In this document: positions 38,689 to 51,973 of the stretch, one piece after another
Position numbering within the stretch: position 1 is the first letter of the stretch
How the letters are laid out: each line of letters begins with the position of its first letter
Assembly: GCF_009914755.1 (NCBI RefSeq)
Contig: NC_060927.1
DNA: 64,000 nt
From: the human T2T-CHM13v2.0 reference genome, Homo sapiens
Reading direction: 5' to 3' (one strand)
The notes under the pieces: model-generated
Told to the model about the DNA's origin: nothing
What the model saw: only the letters and a program-made list of their open reading frames with translations
Databases searched by the model: none
Program-made: the position numbers and the translations under genes

Positions 38689-41249
38689 TTAGAAGGCTCT
38701 TTCCTAGGTCTGGGTGAAATAATCTTGGTTTGGAATCAGTGGTAGTGGATACAGAGAAGCACATGGATTTGAAATTGGCATTTCAGACGGAACCTAGGAA
38801 ATTTACTAATAGGTGTAGTATGAGACAGGAAAAAAGGAAGAAATTCACCATGACTCGTAAGTTTTTGCCTTAAGCAACTAGATGTAGAGTGATGACATTT
38901 CTTGATTGGGAAGAATTGATAAGTTAAAAATTGGGGTGGTAGTGGTAATCAAATAATCTCTTTTCAGCATATTGAGCCATCTGTTGGATTTAGAAATGGA
39001 CATGCCAAATCAACAATTTATTCTCATCTAAGAGGCAAGATAAAACCTGTCAATAAAAGTAATGTTTAGAGCAAGGCCAGGATGATATCACAAAGAAAAA
39101 CAATTTACCTAGAGAAAAATCAAAAGGTTCATGACACAGGCTCATGCGACTCACTGTTTAAAGAAGGAAGAATTAGCAATAGACAAAGAGGACCTAAGAA
39201 GTTACGGGAGAAATCAGAAAGATTGTGCCAAAGAATCCAAGATAGAAAAAAATTTCATAAACAACATGGTAATCAGGAATCTTTATCGACTGCTGAGATT
39301 TAGAATAGGTTTGAAAAAAAATGTATACATTGATTTGGCCAAATGGGGGTCTTCTTTCACCTTTAGAATTCTTCAGAGGTATTAAACATTCCAAATAAAA
39401 TTATGAAATATTTTGTGACGAAAATCTGGGTTAAGTTATATTTACATTGCTATTTTTTAGGGGTTACAACCCTACAAACTCTCTAATATATTAAAACGAG
39501 TTAAGCCACTAATTTTCTAAAGTATTCTTTCCTATTTACACTTTTCTTTCTTTACTGAGAACTTCTTTAGCATCTATTACATATAATAACTAGACTTTTA
39601 TGGATTAAAAAATTCTAGGATATATTTCTTAACCCCAGGAAAGAAGGTAAGTAGAAGAAATAGAAAGTCTATAAGAAACCATAGAATACACTTTCCTAAG
39701 TGTTAAACTAGAAATAATGATGAAGTAATATAAAATTTTACTGTGAAAATTCAGTGCACCTATCTTTAAACCAGAACACTACATAATACAGCAAATGTTG
39801 AATTCGAATTTAAAAAGTTATCTGTGAGTCACTGCTCTTTCTTCATAATCTCTCGAAACTAAATCTGATAAATTACTTGAAAAAACATTAACTGCTGTAT
39901 TTCCCACATCTTTGGTCCTTCATAATGAAAAATTAGAGCTACATTATTAAAGTAGTTGATGTCAGATTTGCCATAAAACTTAATTATTTATTGTAGCATA
40001 GAGTGTAGTATATCATTACAGGGGCTTCAAAATACATTAAGTGTATCACTTACAATGTTCGCAGTAATATATAACTATCTTTGATCTGAATAATCCAACT
40101 GCATTCTCTGAACTTTGTCAATGTAATCTTGCTACATCCACTGAAAAACAACAAAATAAGATGTGTTCCACCACTGTCTAGGATTTACTGCATAGCATTG
40201 CACTTCACACATCAATCTATATCTGCACCTTTTCCACAGGCAGCAGCAGCACCAGCAGATCATCTGATGATCGTGATGCATGTTTAGGCTTCATGGTTTT
40301 GTAGCCAACTAGAATGTGTTATAGATTTCACAAGGATAAAATTTCGGAAAAAAAAAAAAAAACCATGTAGTTATTCTGTCCACAATGCATAACTGAAAGA
40401 AGTTCCTTTGAGAAAATAGTCTTAAAGTAGGAGTTTGGTTGTCACTACCATTACTGAAGTGTCGAGGGAATGGAATACTGTTGAATTATAGAGAGAGGGG
40501 GAAAAATCTCAAGTTAAAAATGGTTAGATATGTAATTGTCTCAACAACTGACTTGAAGTCTCCACCACTTTTAAACAAAAACATGTCTATGAACTAGAGT
40601 CTTCAAAAAGAGGTATCAATTTTTTTATACATTATGATATGAAGCAGCTCATGACTATACTTAGAAATTAATTGGTATTGCTCATAAAAAGATACCAAAT
40701 ATATCAATACAAATAGTTTCTGTATCTTTTCCACAATAGTTTAGACACAACTACAAAAACTTTGATATGTGATTATTATTATCACAAAGCAAATGTCACA
40801 GAAACCATACCTTCAGTCACCCAAGTAAATAAGAAAATGGCAGTATAATTCTACCAAAGTATTTTCAATTGATTAGCTCTGTCATTAAAATCATTTTCAG
40901 ATGCTAGTGCTACTGTCTAAAAAAAAATAAAATAATTTTGGTGCTGGCAAAAAAATTACCGCTACCATGACTTCTGCTACTGTTACTAATTTACTAATAT
41001 TTATTTAAAACGTAACAACATTTCTAATCATTTAGCATGCATTATATCTTTTAATCATCACAATATTGGTATAAGTTGATTATTTTCCTCATTTTTATAT
41101 TGAGAACTTGGACTCCGATAATTTAATGGAACTGCTCAACGTTGTCAGTGAGTGTTGAAACAAGAATTCAACAAATGCTGGGGTTCCTCAGACATCTGCT
41201 CTTAGCTTTCTGTGTAAACATAACATTTTATCCAAAGGAAGATATCAAA

Positions 41250-43050
41250 CAAACATCGTTACAAATAGATCAGTATAATCCTTAAAATTGACAATATACC
41301 CATATTTTAAAGCACAATATTTTCTCTTTTACCATATCTTAATAATTATATTTTTATTATTTACCAAATATACTATGATTTAAAACATCAAACAGTATTT
41401 ATGGGGATTCTTCTGTGTTGTCAATTTCTACTCTTCATTTCCACTCCACAGAGGGAAAGACTTTTAACAGTGTTAGCTCTTTTGTACGGTTATATAAATA
41501 ATATGCTTCAATATTTTCTCACATTATCTTCCCAATGTGGATATGTCATAATATTTAATTATGTAAATATTTCATTTTTACTTAATTATGCCTATGTACA
41601 TATTTTTCAGTGTTGTGCCAAGTAGTGTACTATGACACCATTTTCTTTCTGCACACTTGTTTCCCTATTTACTTCAAGTTTTTATTTCTCTGGTGTTTCA
41701 TATTGCTATTTATAATTCTTCCAAATTTCCTATCAGAATGCAATTTCCCACATAGTGAAGCACATCAGGTGATATATCAATTCCAATTTATTTTCTTTCC
41801 TGCAGTCATTCCTCTTGGCACCCTCTCTTCTTCTGCCCCTATTTGTACTCTAGTTCCCTGGGCCAGCAGCACAGCTGGCTCTTCTTTCTGATCTTCTTTG
41901 GATCATTTTTCTCCTTCATTTTGCTAGAATGTGGCTTCCAGAAAAGTACTGGTAATGATTTGCATAGATGGCACATTTTTGTAAGCTTGAAAATGCTTTT
42001 ATTTTACCTTCATTTTTATTTGAGGTTTGAACTGAATAAAGAATTCCAATTGAAAATTATTTTTCTTTATAATTTTGAAACATTGTACTTTTGACTTCTA
42101 ACTTGTGGTGTTGCTGTTCAGAAATTCAATGCCATATCAACAATTATTGTTCAAAATATATTTGTCATTTTTTCTTCTTATTAGCATCCTTATTTTATAT
42201 TCACTCTTCAGGGAGCTCATGAAACACGTTTTGAGATACCATGCTTCAAAAATATTTTTACATTTGTCATGATCAGGAGCTAGTGAGCAAAGTTTACGAC
42301 AAGCAGAATTAAAGATATGCTTCAATGGGAAACATGCATTGGACATTAGAGAGTATATATTTCTCTGGAATGATTTAAAGTCCTTTCTCTTCAAGAGCTG
42401 TTGCTTCAGATTCAAGAGAGATGAAAGAAAGCTAAATACTTTCTCCTCTTTCTAGATTTATTTATTTAAGCATTCCAGACCTTTGCTCTTTTGTGCTCTT
42501 TTGTGCTCCCTGCTCTGTGGCTCTCTCTCTCTATTTCCATCCCACCCCTCCCCTTTTTCTCCACAGGGAAGGATGTGCTATCCTTCCTTTGTAAGCTCCA
42601 GGAATTATTTTGGTATTTCTCTCCTGGAGCTCAGACTCTACTCATCTTCACGCTAGAGCAAGCCCAGTCCATTAAAGCTCTCTTTGAGGAAGTGAGATGT
42701 GGTGAACTGGTACTATGATGCTACTCTTTGTGCTTTTATTGACATGTGTATTAAAGTCCAATATCTGATCTAGGTTTTGTAGATATATTAACATGTAAGT
42801 AGAATAAAATCTGAGACATTTGCAATTTCAGATGCAGCAGTACATTCACTGTGGTAATTTTTCCTAATTTGTTCTGGATATCTTCAATCTAAACTTCTAT
42901 TCCCTTCAGTGGAGGATACTCTCATGAATTAGTTTTTGATTTTTATCTTCCTCACATTTTGAGTATTATCTTCTCCACATTCCTTTGTTCTCTTCTTCTA
43001 GGGCTTCTGTTAGTAGTATGTTGCACCAGACTCTAGTTTTTAAATTTTTC
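41250..43050 (-). mobile_element. Highly degraded L1ME-like fragments
   Basis: Antisense old-L1 ORF1-like text (tgaaaatgctttattttacctt, cttctaacttgtggtgttgctgttcagaaattcaatgcc, ttctcttcttctagggcttct). Confidence 0.5.
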
Positions 43051-43671
43051 TTTAAAATTCTCCACTATTGTTTACAGTTAATATTGTTAGCTATATATAA
43101 ACAAATAAGATTTTTGTCTTTTTGGAACTTAGGGAATATTTATTGCAATTGATTTATATATTTTAAAACTTGTTATTCACAATATATTATTAAAAAGTGA
43201 ACTACCAGAATGCCATATATTATGTGATAACAGATCATATAATTTAGAAATATGAATAAAATACAAAACATCTTGTTGAAAAAGCAGAGTCACATGGAAG
43301 GACAATTTTTTAAAAATGTACTAGAATTACATGAGTAGCTGTATGAATTGTTTTTAGCTGCTATAAAAAGTGTTTCTAGGGTAAGTTTTCTTGTTAAATA
43401 AACTTCTACTATTTGTAGTATGTGCTAAATTTTTTAAGGGACACTTGCCTTTTGATCTTTATTCAACATAGAAATTTGTATTTTTAAATCAAATGTTGCC
43501 TTTAAAAAATTAAGGTAAACTTCACATATGAATATTGGATATATATACTTTAAAATATTAATATCACTATAAATATGGATAAAACTAATGATTTACTATT
43601 GATGTAATGTTGACAATGATTTTATCTTGACATAAGTAATTTATTGCTAAGTGTAATGCTAAAAGTTCAAT

Positions 43672-45035
43672 TTTTTTTCATTTTTAATCATGTTAGAAAA
43701 AATACCATACCATCTTAATTAATTCTAAGTGTGTAGTTCAGTAGTCATAAGTATATTCACATTTTTTGTGCAACAAATCTGTGTAACATTTTCACTTTGC
43801 GAAAGTAAAACTCTAAACCCATTGAAAACAGCTTCACATTTCTACCTCCCTGCTAAAAACCACCATGCTACTTTCATTTTCTATGAGTTTGACAATATTA
43901 GATAACTTGCATAAATAGAATTATATACCATTTTGTGACTGGCTTACTTATCTTAGCATAACGTCTTTAAAGTTCTTCTATATTGTAGCAGGTGACTAAC
44001 ATTCTATTATATGCAAATGGAATATTATTGTATGGAAATATCATTTTTTATTAATTCATTCATTTATGGGCATTAAACTTGTTTCTACCTCTTTGCTATT
44101 GTGAATAGTGTTGCAATGAACATGTAAGTGATAATATCACATCAAGATCCTGATTTCAATTGTTTTAAATAAATACCCAGAATTGAAATTGCTGAATCTT
44201 ATGGTAGCTCTATTTTTAATATTTTGAAAAATTTCTATTCTGTTTTCCATAGCAGTTGCTTGTACCAGTTTGCATTCCCACCAATAGGGCACAAAGGTTC
44301 CAATTTATCCACGTTCTCATAAAACTTGCTGCCTTTTTTTTTTTTTTTTTTTTTTGTGGTAACAGCCATCCTAACGTGTAAAGTGATATCTCTTTGTGGC
44401 TTTGATTTGCCTTTTCCTGACTGTAAGTGATTTTGAGTATCTTGTTTATATATCTGTTGGCCATTTGTATGCCTTCTTTGGAGAAATGTCTTCAAGTATT
44501 TAGTTCATTTTTAATGAAATTATTAATAGTCTGCTACTCAGTTGTAGGGATTACTTTTATATTTTTGGATTTAATCTCTCACCAAATATATAGTTTCCAA
44601 ATATTTTCTCTCATTTGGTAGGTTGTTTTTTCACTCTGATTGTTTCCTTTGCTTTGCAGATAGATATATAGACCAATGAATAGAATTCAAAGCCTAGAAA
44701 TAAATCAGCACATACATAGCCAACTGATCTTCAATAAAAGTGACAGGAATATACAAAGGGGAAAAGATCATCTCTTCAATAGACAGCATTGGGAAAACTG
44801 AATGGCCACATGAAAAACAGTAAAATTAGACTCTTAACACCATACACAAAAATCAATTCAAAATGGATTAAATAATTAACTGTAAAACCTGGAAGTATAA
44901 AACTACTGAAAGAAAATGTAGGGGAAAATCGTTATGACATTGGTATTGGCAATAATTTCATGAATATGACACCAAAAGCATACAAGAAAGCAAAAGTAGG
45001 CAAGTGGGATTATATCAAACTAAAGTTTTGTATTT
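43672..45035 (-). mobile_element. L1MB/late L1MA insertion with 5' inversion
   Basis: Antisense 3' UTR and ORF2 end at 43672-44660, then a sense ORF2 segment at 44660-45033 (atagaccaatg...attatatcaaactaaag). Confidence 0.85.
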
Positions 45036-45277
45036 AAAATAAAATAATAAACAAATTTGTCAGTGCAAGCCACAAATGTTTCTTTCTGATATGTATGAGT
45101 CTGTTTGTAGAGTCATGACTATAAATGTACAAATTTTAACACATGCTCTGGTTAAATTTTCCTTCATTTTTATGAGCTCAACAAAATTAAGTACTCTTAA
45201 TAACAATAATCATATTAATAATTACATAATGTTTATTTGCACAGATACGTGCATGTATGTATGTATGTATGTATATA

Positions 45278-45573
45278 GAGGTATCCATCACTTAATGATG
45301 GGGATAAGTTCTGAGAAATGTGCCACTAGGCAGTTACATCATTGTGTCAACATCATAGAGTGTACTCACACAAACCTAGATGGTATAGCCTATTGTTCCT
45401 AGGCTACAAACCTGTACAGCATGTGACTATACTAAATAATGTAGGCAATGTGACACAGTGGTATTTGTGTATCAAAACAGAAAAGATACAGTAAAAGTGT
45501 ATTATTGTAATCTTATGGAACCACCATTGTAATATGGATTATCACTGACCAAAACAGTATTGTGGCATAACTG
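45278..45573 (+). mobile_element. Tigger3a/MER7-like TcMar MITE
   Basis: ggggataagttctgagaaatg, acacaaacctagatggtatagcct, cctaggctacaaacctgtacagcatgt; flanked by TA. Confidence 0.85.
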
Positions 45574-46066
45574 TATATTATATACAGTATAATACAGAGA
45601 GAGTATATAGTATGTACACTATATCGTTCATATTACTTATTTCCTATTATTTTCCAAAATAAGAGTTCCATGGATAATCAAAGCCATTAGTTAATGACTT
45701 TATCTACTAGACTTGCTATAAGGGCTTTAGGTCTCCTGTTTCTTTGGTTTTAGATATTGAACTTACTGATTAGTTTTGATGATTCTGATTAGTCAACAAA
45801 ACCCTGGGCATAAAGGAATCCTAGGGAACTAGTGGACGTTTTCCCAGCATTTCACATGAGAAATTATCTGCCCAAAATAAAACTTTATTAGTGTCCTCTT
45901 TCCAATCATATCCATGTGACACTTGACGTTTTAAGGAATAATTTTATTTAACCCTCTAATATTATAAAATTACTGTGAAATATATGTTCATATTAAGATT
46001 TTGCAATTCTAATTAGTGGCAAGAGAAAATAGACAATAGAATTAATTCATCTAAAAAGGTGTGCTA

Positions 46067-46346
46067 GGCTGGGCATGGCGGCTCAAGCCTGTAATCCTAG
46101 AACTTTGGGAGGCTGAGTAGGGGAGATCACTTGAGCTCAGGAGTTCAAGACCAGCATAGGCAACATGGTGAAACCCAGTCTCTACAAAAAATACAAAAAA
46201 GTAGCCGGGTGCTCACCTGTAGTCCCAGCTACTTGGGGGGCTAAGGTGGGAGGATCGCTTGAGCCCAGGAAGTCGAGGCTGCACCCCAGCCTGAGTGACA
46301 AAGTGAGAGCCTGTCTCAAAAGTAAATAAATAAACAATAAAAAAAT
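46067..46346 (+). mobile_element. AluJ with internal deletions
   Basis: J diagnostics (gatcacttgagctcagg, ggaggatcgcttgagcccagg); the right arm lacks the gtgagc...cactgc segment; TSD aaaaag[g/t]tgtgcta. Confidence 0.9.
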
Positions 46347-46719
46347 AAAAAGTTGTGCTAATTTGTTCTCATAATTATTTTGTCCTCTTAAAATATCTTT
46401 GATGGTTTGTTTCTGGCTTAACTGTGATGCCTGGTTCTCAAAGAAGTTTTTATTTTTGTGGTTATAAATTAACACATACTGGCTTGATTTAAACATATGA
46501 GTTTACTGTGTTGCTAGTAAAAGAAAGGGTATTTTAGAAGCTAGAAATGTCCTATACAGAAAGAGTGAGAAAAAACATAATATGCATGCTCCATCTTCCC
46601 TACAAAGATTTAACTCCCAAACTCGAGTTAGCAATAACGTTATAATTAATTAATATCAATAATTATCTCAGAGACGGTGTGCAGTTTTTTTTCCCTCTCC
46701 ATGGCTTGCGTCCTCATTC

Positions 46720-46930
46720 AAAAGACAGATTGCCTGGCTTCAACCCCAGGTTCTAGCCTTGCTGATTAGGCAATTTTGAAAGAACTTCTTCACTTCTTCA
46801 AGGCTCAGTTCCCTTCTCTCTAAAATAAATGTAGTAATAGTGCCAATTTCACAGCTATTTTGAGGATTAAATTACATAATAAGGGTAAAGTACTTAAAAT
46901 GCCACAGGCGTGGAATAATTGTTAGTTGTT
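46720..46930 (+). mobile_element. MIR
   Basis: agacagattgcctggcttcaaccccagg...ctcagttccct...taaaat...tgaggattaaa...taaagtactta. Confidence 0.65.
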
Positions 46931-47199
46931 GTTACTGTCACTGCTGCTGTTGATGTTGTTATCTATCACCTTTACAAAACTTTAGCTACTAGGAAGTTTT
47001 CCTCACATTAAGACAAAACTTACATTATGTAAATTGTTTTTTCCTCATATATTATGTAATCCCTAGAAATTTGTTTTTCTTATTGAAGATAGTCAAGATG
47101 AAGCTAGGTAAGATTTGGATAATACTTTCCATGAAAAGTAAGATGTGTTTAAAGCTTCCAACAGTTCTTAGAATTTTTGAAATCGTTAGGTTAAGGCTT

Positions 47200-47280
47200 T
47201 GAGTGACCATGTCATTTATTGTTCAAACTAAGACATTTTTGAAAGTGAAAAGGAAGGTTAATTATACAGGGACAATAGCT
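47200..47280 (+). mobile_element. MER81-like hAT-Blackjack fragment
   Basis: gagtgaccatgtcatttattgttcaaactaagacatttttgaaagtgaaa...gggacaa matches the recalled MER81 5' half. Confidence 0.6.
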
Positions 47281-50200
47281 AGAATATATTACTGCACTTC
47301 ATGTATGAAAAAAGAGAGCGACTCACAAAGTCATGTTAATATATTCTTTTTTAAAAAAAACAAATAAAATACCAATAGGAAACTTTTGGAATGTTCAATC
47401 TCAAAGAAGTAGTTGTGCTGTTACCTGTAAAAGGCTAGAAAATGAAGGGAGTATGAGTCCTTGTGTGTAAGCCTGTCCCACTGCAAATAGATTATGGTTT
47501 AGAAAATAATTTTAATTGTAGCTCTCTAAAATGCCCTAGATATTTCCATGGTGTTATGGGAGATAAGAGTACATCTTAGAATATTTAAACTGGAACATTT
47601 ATTGCAGTTTCTCATATTATATATGAAATTGTGAGTGAAGTATAAATAAACTCAGCCAAAGTCATATTAGTGTTGGAACCAAGGTTCTGATTATAGGCCT
47701 CTTTCAGCTTCATCACAATGTGTCACAAAAGTTGTCAGAAGCAAAAAAGGCAGATTAAAGGAGGGACTTCATAACGTACACAAAATCATGTTATTGATGG
47801 TGGTGACAGAAAAGTCATAAAAAGTGAGGGTTAAACCAAGCTATGCTCCTGTTTTTCACATTTTTCTAGACATCAAGTAATAGAGTAGTTTAAAAAGAGA
47901 GAATCAAGTAAATTACTAGTTGACTCCAACTTGAACAGAGAGCATGAAGAAGCAGTATGGAATGCCAACAGTTCCGTGGGAGCTCTTGTGCTTCACGTGT
48001 TGAAAACACTTCATTCACGTTAAGTTCTTACTAGGTACATATTATTTATGCTATTTTATTCCTATATTTATATTTTAGATATATGATTGTATTCTCTTCT
48101 ATTTAAGGACATAAGTTCCCCAGATAAAATAGATTTACATAGCTGATTTAAATCACCAAATAGGATTCTACAAGCATCATTTCCAATTTCTCTAAAGTCT
48201 CCTAAAGTGGTACAACTCTAGCTCCTCAAATTTTGGAAGGTGATGGGAATGTTATTCTATGATAAATAGAGCACGTGAAACTATCTACTTTTGTATATAT
48301 ACAAAGTCACCTTTTCTTGCTATAAGATTATTGAACACAATTTCAATTTGGAGTTTTTATCATTAGTTATGTTTAACCAATGCCAACTGTGTAATACTCA
48401 CCGGACTTAACACTTTAGATTAAAGTGGAAAATAATATTGTATGCATTTACATATGGAATAATAATAAATGAATCACCTGCAGACAAATCTGCAGAAACA
48501 AGTCTATTTGTCTGTTTTTCTGGCTGGAAATATACATACATGTCGGCTTTATACTTATATAATATTGATAAATATTTATCCCCTTTATGAAGAAAAAAAC
48601 ATTTTACATGCTAAAAAGTGTTACAACATCTTTTGCTTCTGAATTTCCTGATACTATTTAGGTTGGAAAAGATCCTGAGTACATAGATTTATGATAATGT
48701 TAAAAAGTAAGAGTATATTAAGGTGTTTTATTAAAAGTATCTGTATTTGTTGATGTTTATGTTTTAGGAAAAACAGACAAACAAAAAAACTGTGAACAAA
48801 GAAAGAGTAGGAAAAATTAGACATCCAACATGGACTTTGCTTCCTCTTCTCCCTTCACCAAATTTCCAATCTATAATGATGGTTTATAACATAATTAACT
48901 GGGAGTTATTTATGCTCAGCACTCATTGAGCTACACAATTGTCCTGGTTTCTTTGGTAATTGTCTCTCCAAAGGTAGCAGGGTAAGCACAAAGAAACAGT
49001 GTGTAGGCTAAAGAACGTAATTTATTTAATGAAGTCCAGGAAAAGAAAATCTCTGCAAATAGACACTCAAGGAGTTTAGAATATTGCAAGTGTCTACCTT
49101 CCCCAGTTATTCAGACAACTACAATTTTCAGGAGATTGAGCCAAATGTTCTTAACCCAGTACTCATTATTTTTTCTAGTTGGCTATATTGCTAAGCATTA
49201 TATTATTATGAATAGGAGTGATATGGCAAACACATGAAAATTCACACATGCTTGTGAGCTTTGTTCTTCTCCCTACTTGAAGGTAATTGCTTTGGGAACA
49301 GCAAGCATTTCCATGATTCTGGTTTTACTCAAACTATTTTTGATACTGATGGCAGCAACCGCTCCAGATAGCCTTCCACTGCCATCACACTGGCTGCAGC
49401 AGGGAGGTGTGGCCCGGCCTCCTACTCCACAGAGCAGGCAGAAGCAACACCCTCCTGGGTGGGGCTGTAGCAGCCCAAGTTGTGGCTGTAGATCTCAGTC
49501 TCCCTGAGCTCTCGAGGGGCTGGGAGTGGGCAGAAGCCATGCCCTCCCAGGCACAGCTGTAGCCACCCAAATTGCAGCTGCAGACTGAGACATCCCTACA
49601 CTCTTAGGGGCCTGGGAAGGACTTCCTGCCCTTTCAGGCTCAGAAGTTCCTGCTCATATTGCCTGGCTTCTCCCTGCTCTTGGCACCTGCTCCAATCTTG
49701 GAGCAAAGTTGGGGCTGAGCCTGGGCATCAGGCTCAAGGAGGGCATGAAGCCTGGGGGCCAGGCTGCCAGTCCTATAGACTGGAGTGGGAATATGTGGTG
49801 CCTTTTCCGGGCCCATTCTTAGTCACTCATGAATGAATAGGCACACACTTCCTCTCCTCTGAGGCTCATAAAAGCCCCAGGATCAGCCACAGCTAAGCAA
49901 AAGATGGTCAGTAGCAGAGACAAGCTACCTGCTCTGCCGAGAGCTTCAGAGACCTTCAGAGATGTTGGGACTACCATCTGCAGAGAGGAGCAACCCACTC
50001 CAGGGCATTTTCTCTGCTGAGAGCAGCAGATTTTAGGATGATTGATGTCTGAGCAGAGAGTAGCTACCCTCTCCAGGGCCTCCTCTCTCCTAAGAGCTGA
50101 ACACTCTATGGGGTGACCTGCCTACAGAGAAAAGCTATCCACTGCAGGTATCCTCTGAACTGTTCTAACGCTCAATAAAGCTACTCTTGTCTTGCTCACT

Positions 50201-50318
50201 CTCCACTTGTCTGTGTACCTCATTCTTCCTGGATACAAAAGAAGAACTGCAGCAAAGGCATCACTGGCCATAGAGGTTTCTGGTCAGAAAATTGACACCC
50301 TAAAGATCCCACAACATT

Positions 50319-50339
50319 TCGGGGGGGTTCATCCGGGAT
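50319..50339 (+). promoter_or_regulatory. Primer binding site, tRNA-Pro type
   Basis: tc(g)7ttcatccgggat immediately after the LTR end, compared with canonical PBS-Pro TGGGGGCTCGTCCGGGAT. Confidence 0.75.
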
Positions 50340-51973
50340 CTGTGGAAAGGTGAATAAAAGCAGATCTGCTTTCTGTTCTGTCCTTTTTTTTTTTTTTCTT
50401 GGAGTCTCTAAACTCCACAATAGTCAAAACAAAAGAAAAATACCTGGCCTCTGTCAGTCAGTTAAAAATGACTAACACAGGTGCTGGACTTAAGACATGG
50501 AGAATAGGCTTGCTGGGGAGAACACTGTCAATCTCCCATCACCCTCAGGTATTGGGAATGTTTGCTTTCTTCCAACCCGGTTTACCTTCACAGAGGTCTA
50601 GCCATTGCGTGGGACCAGAAAGAGGTCCTGGGGCAACAGAGGGTATCTGCCCGAGGCTACACCTCAGTGTTTTCCAAAGGTCCCTTGACTAACTCCAGTC
50701 CCTGACTGTCCATTAGGGTGTCAGCCTCAGGACCACCAGTCTTTCCTATTTTTTTTTTTTTGTTTCTTTCTTTTGTGGCTATCATGGTTCCTATCTCTTC
50801 TTTATATACAATGTTAAATGGTAAGGATGTTGTTGTAAACCACAGGAACATGACTAGGTAGAATGAGCATTTGGTTTAGTCATCAGGAGTGTAAATGAGA
50901 ACAATGTGGTATCTGTCTATTCTTAGAAGTAAGTAGGATATAACAATTGAGAGTGTTTTTTTCCCTGTTGAAGGAACCCGCACGAATAGGGCAAGAGGCT
51001 TTTTTCCCCAGGCTCTTTCCCCTACCATGGACTTAAGTTGTACTATTGGGAGGCACCTTGTTAGGCCAGGTCCCCAATTCCCATGACTCCCTTTCTCTTC
51101 CTTGGTTGAGGAGGACCTGGTCCCACAGTTTAATAGGGAAGCAGCAGAGAGGCTGCCCTGCTGGTTGCTGGCTGTAATTTGTCAAGGGCCACCTGGGACT
51201 AATTTAATGGGTCCCATGTGGCCTTGAGGCACCTTTTCTCCCAAGCTTTGGTTTGAGGCCCTAGAAAGGCCCCATGACTTCCTTTCTCTTCCTTGGTTGA
51301 GGGGGAACTGGTCCCACAGTTTAATAGGGAAGCAGCAGAGAGGCTGCCCTGCTGGTTGCTGGCTGCAATTTGGCAAGGGTCACCTGGGATTAATTTAATG
51401 GGCCCCAGGTAGGCTTGAGCCACCTTTTCTCTCACGCTTTGGTTTGAGGCCCTAGAAAGGCAAACTAGATCTGAGCAAGCCAGAGGCAGAAAGTAGCAGA
51501 AATCTAGGGGCACATCGTAGGTGAGCATGATTAACTCCTCTCAATTAGGCTTTTCCCCTTCGTGGAGGGAGGTCATGCTCACATCTATGGCATAGATAAG
51601 GTCTAGAGAACTCAAAGGTTACTGACAGCCGAGGCTTAGACACCACACAGGTGATTGCAAATATTCTATACCTCCCTGCTTCACAGGTGAAGGTTAAACT
51701 TGCACCCACAGTCAGCACCTGCACAGGTCACTGGAACTTGGAAATATAAGGTCAAAAGAAAGAAAAGGGGCACCTTTTATTTTTTTCTCTCCCTTATGTA
51801 TTCACTGCAAAGAGAAAACAACAAAGGTACAATTTTTCCCTCTTTCCAGATGGGCAACCAACCATCTTCAGCCTGCACTCCTCTCAAGTGCTTCCTGAAT
51901 CACTGGGACCCCTTTGACCCTCAGACTCTGGAGAGAGAAAAAAAATCTTTTCCTCCTCTGTCCTCTCTACCAG

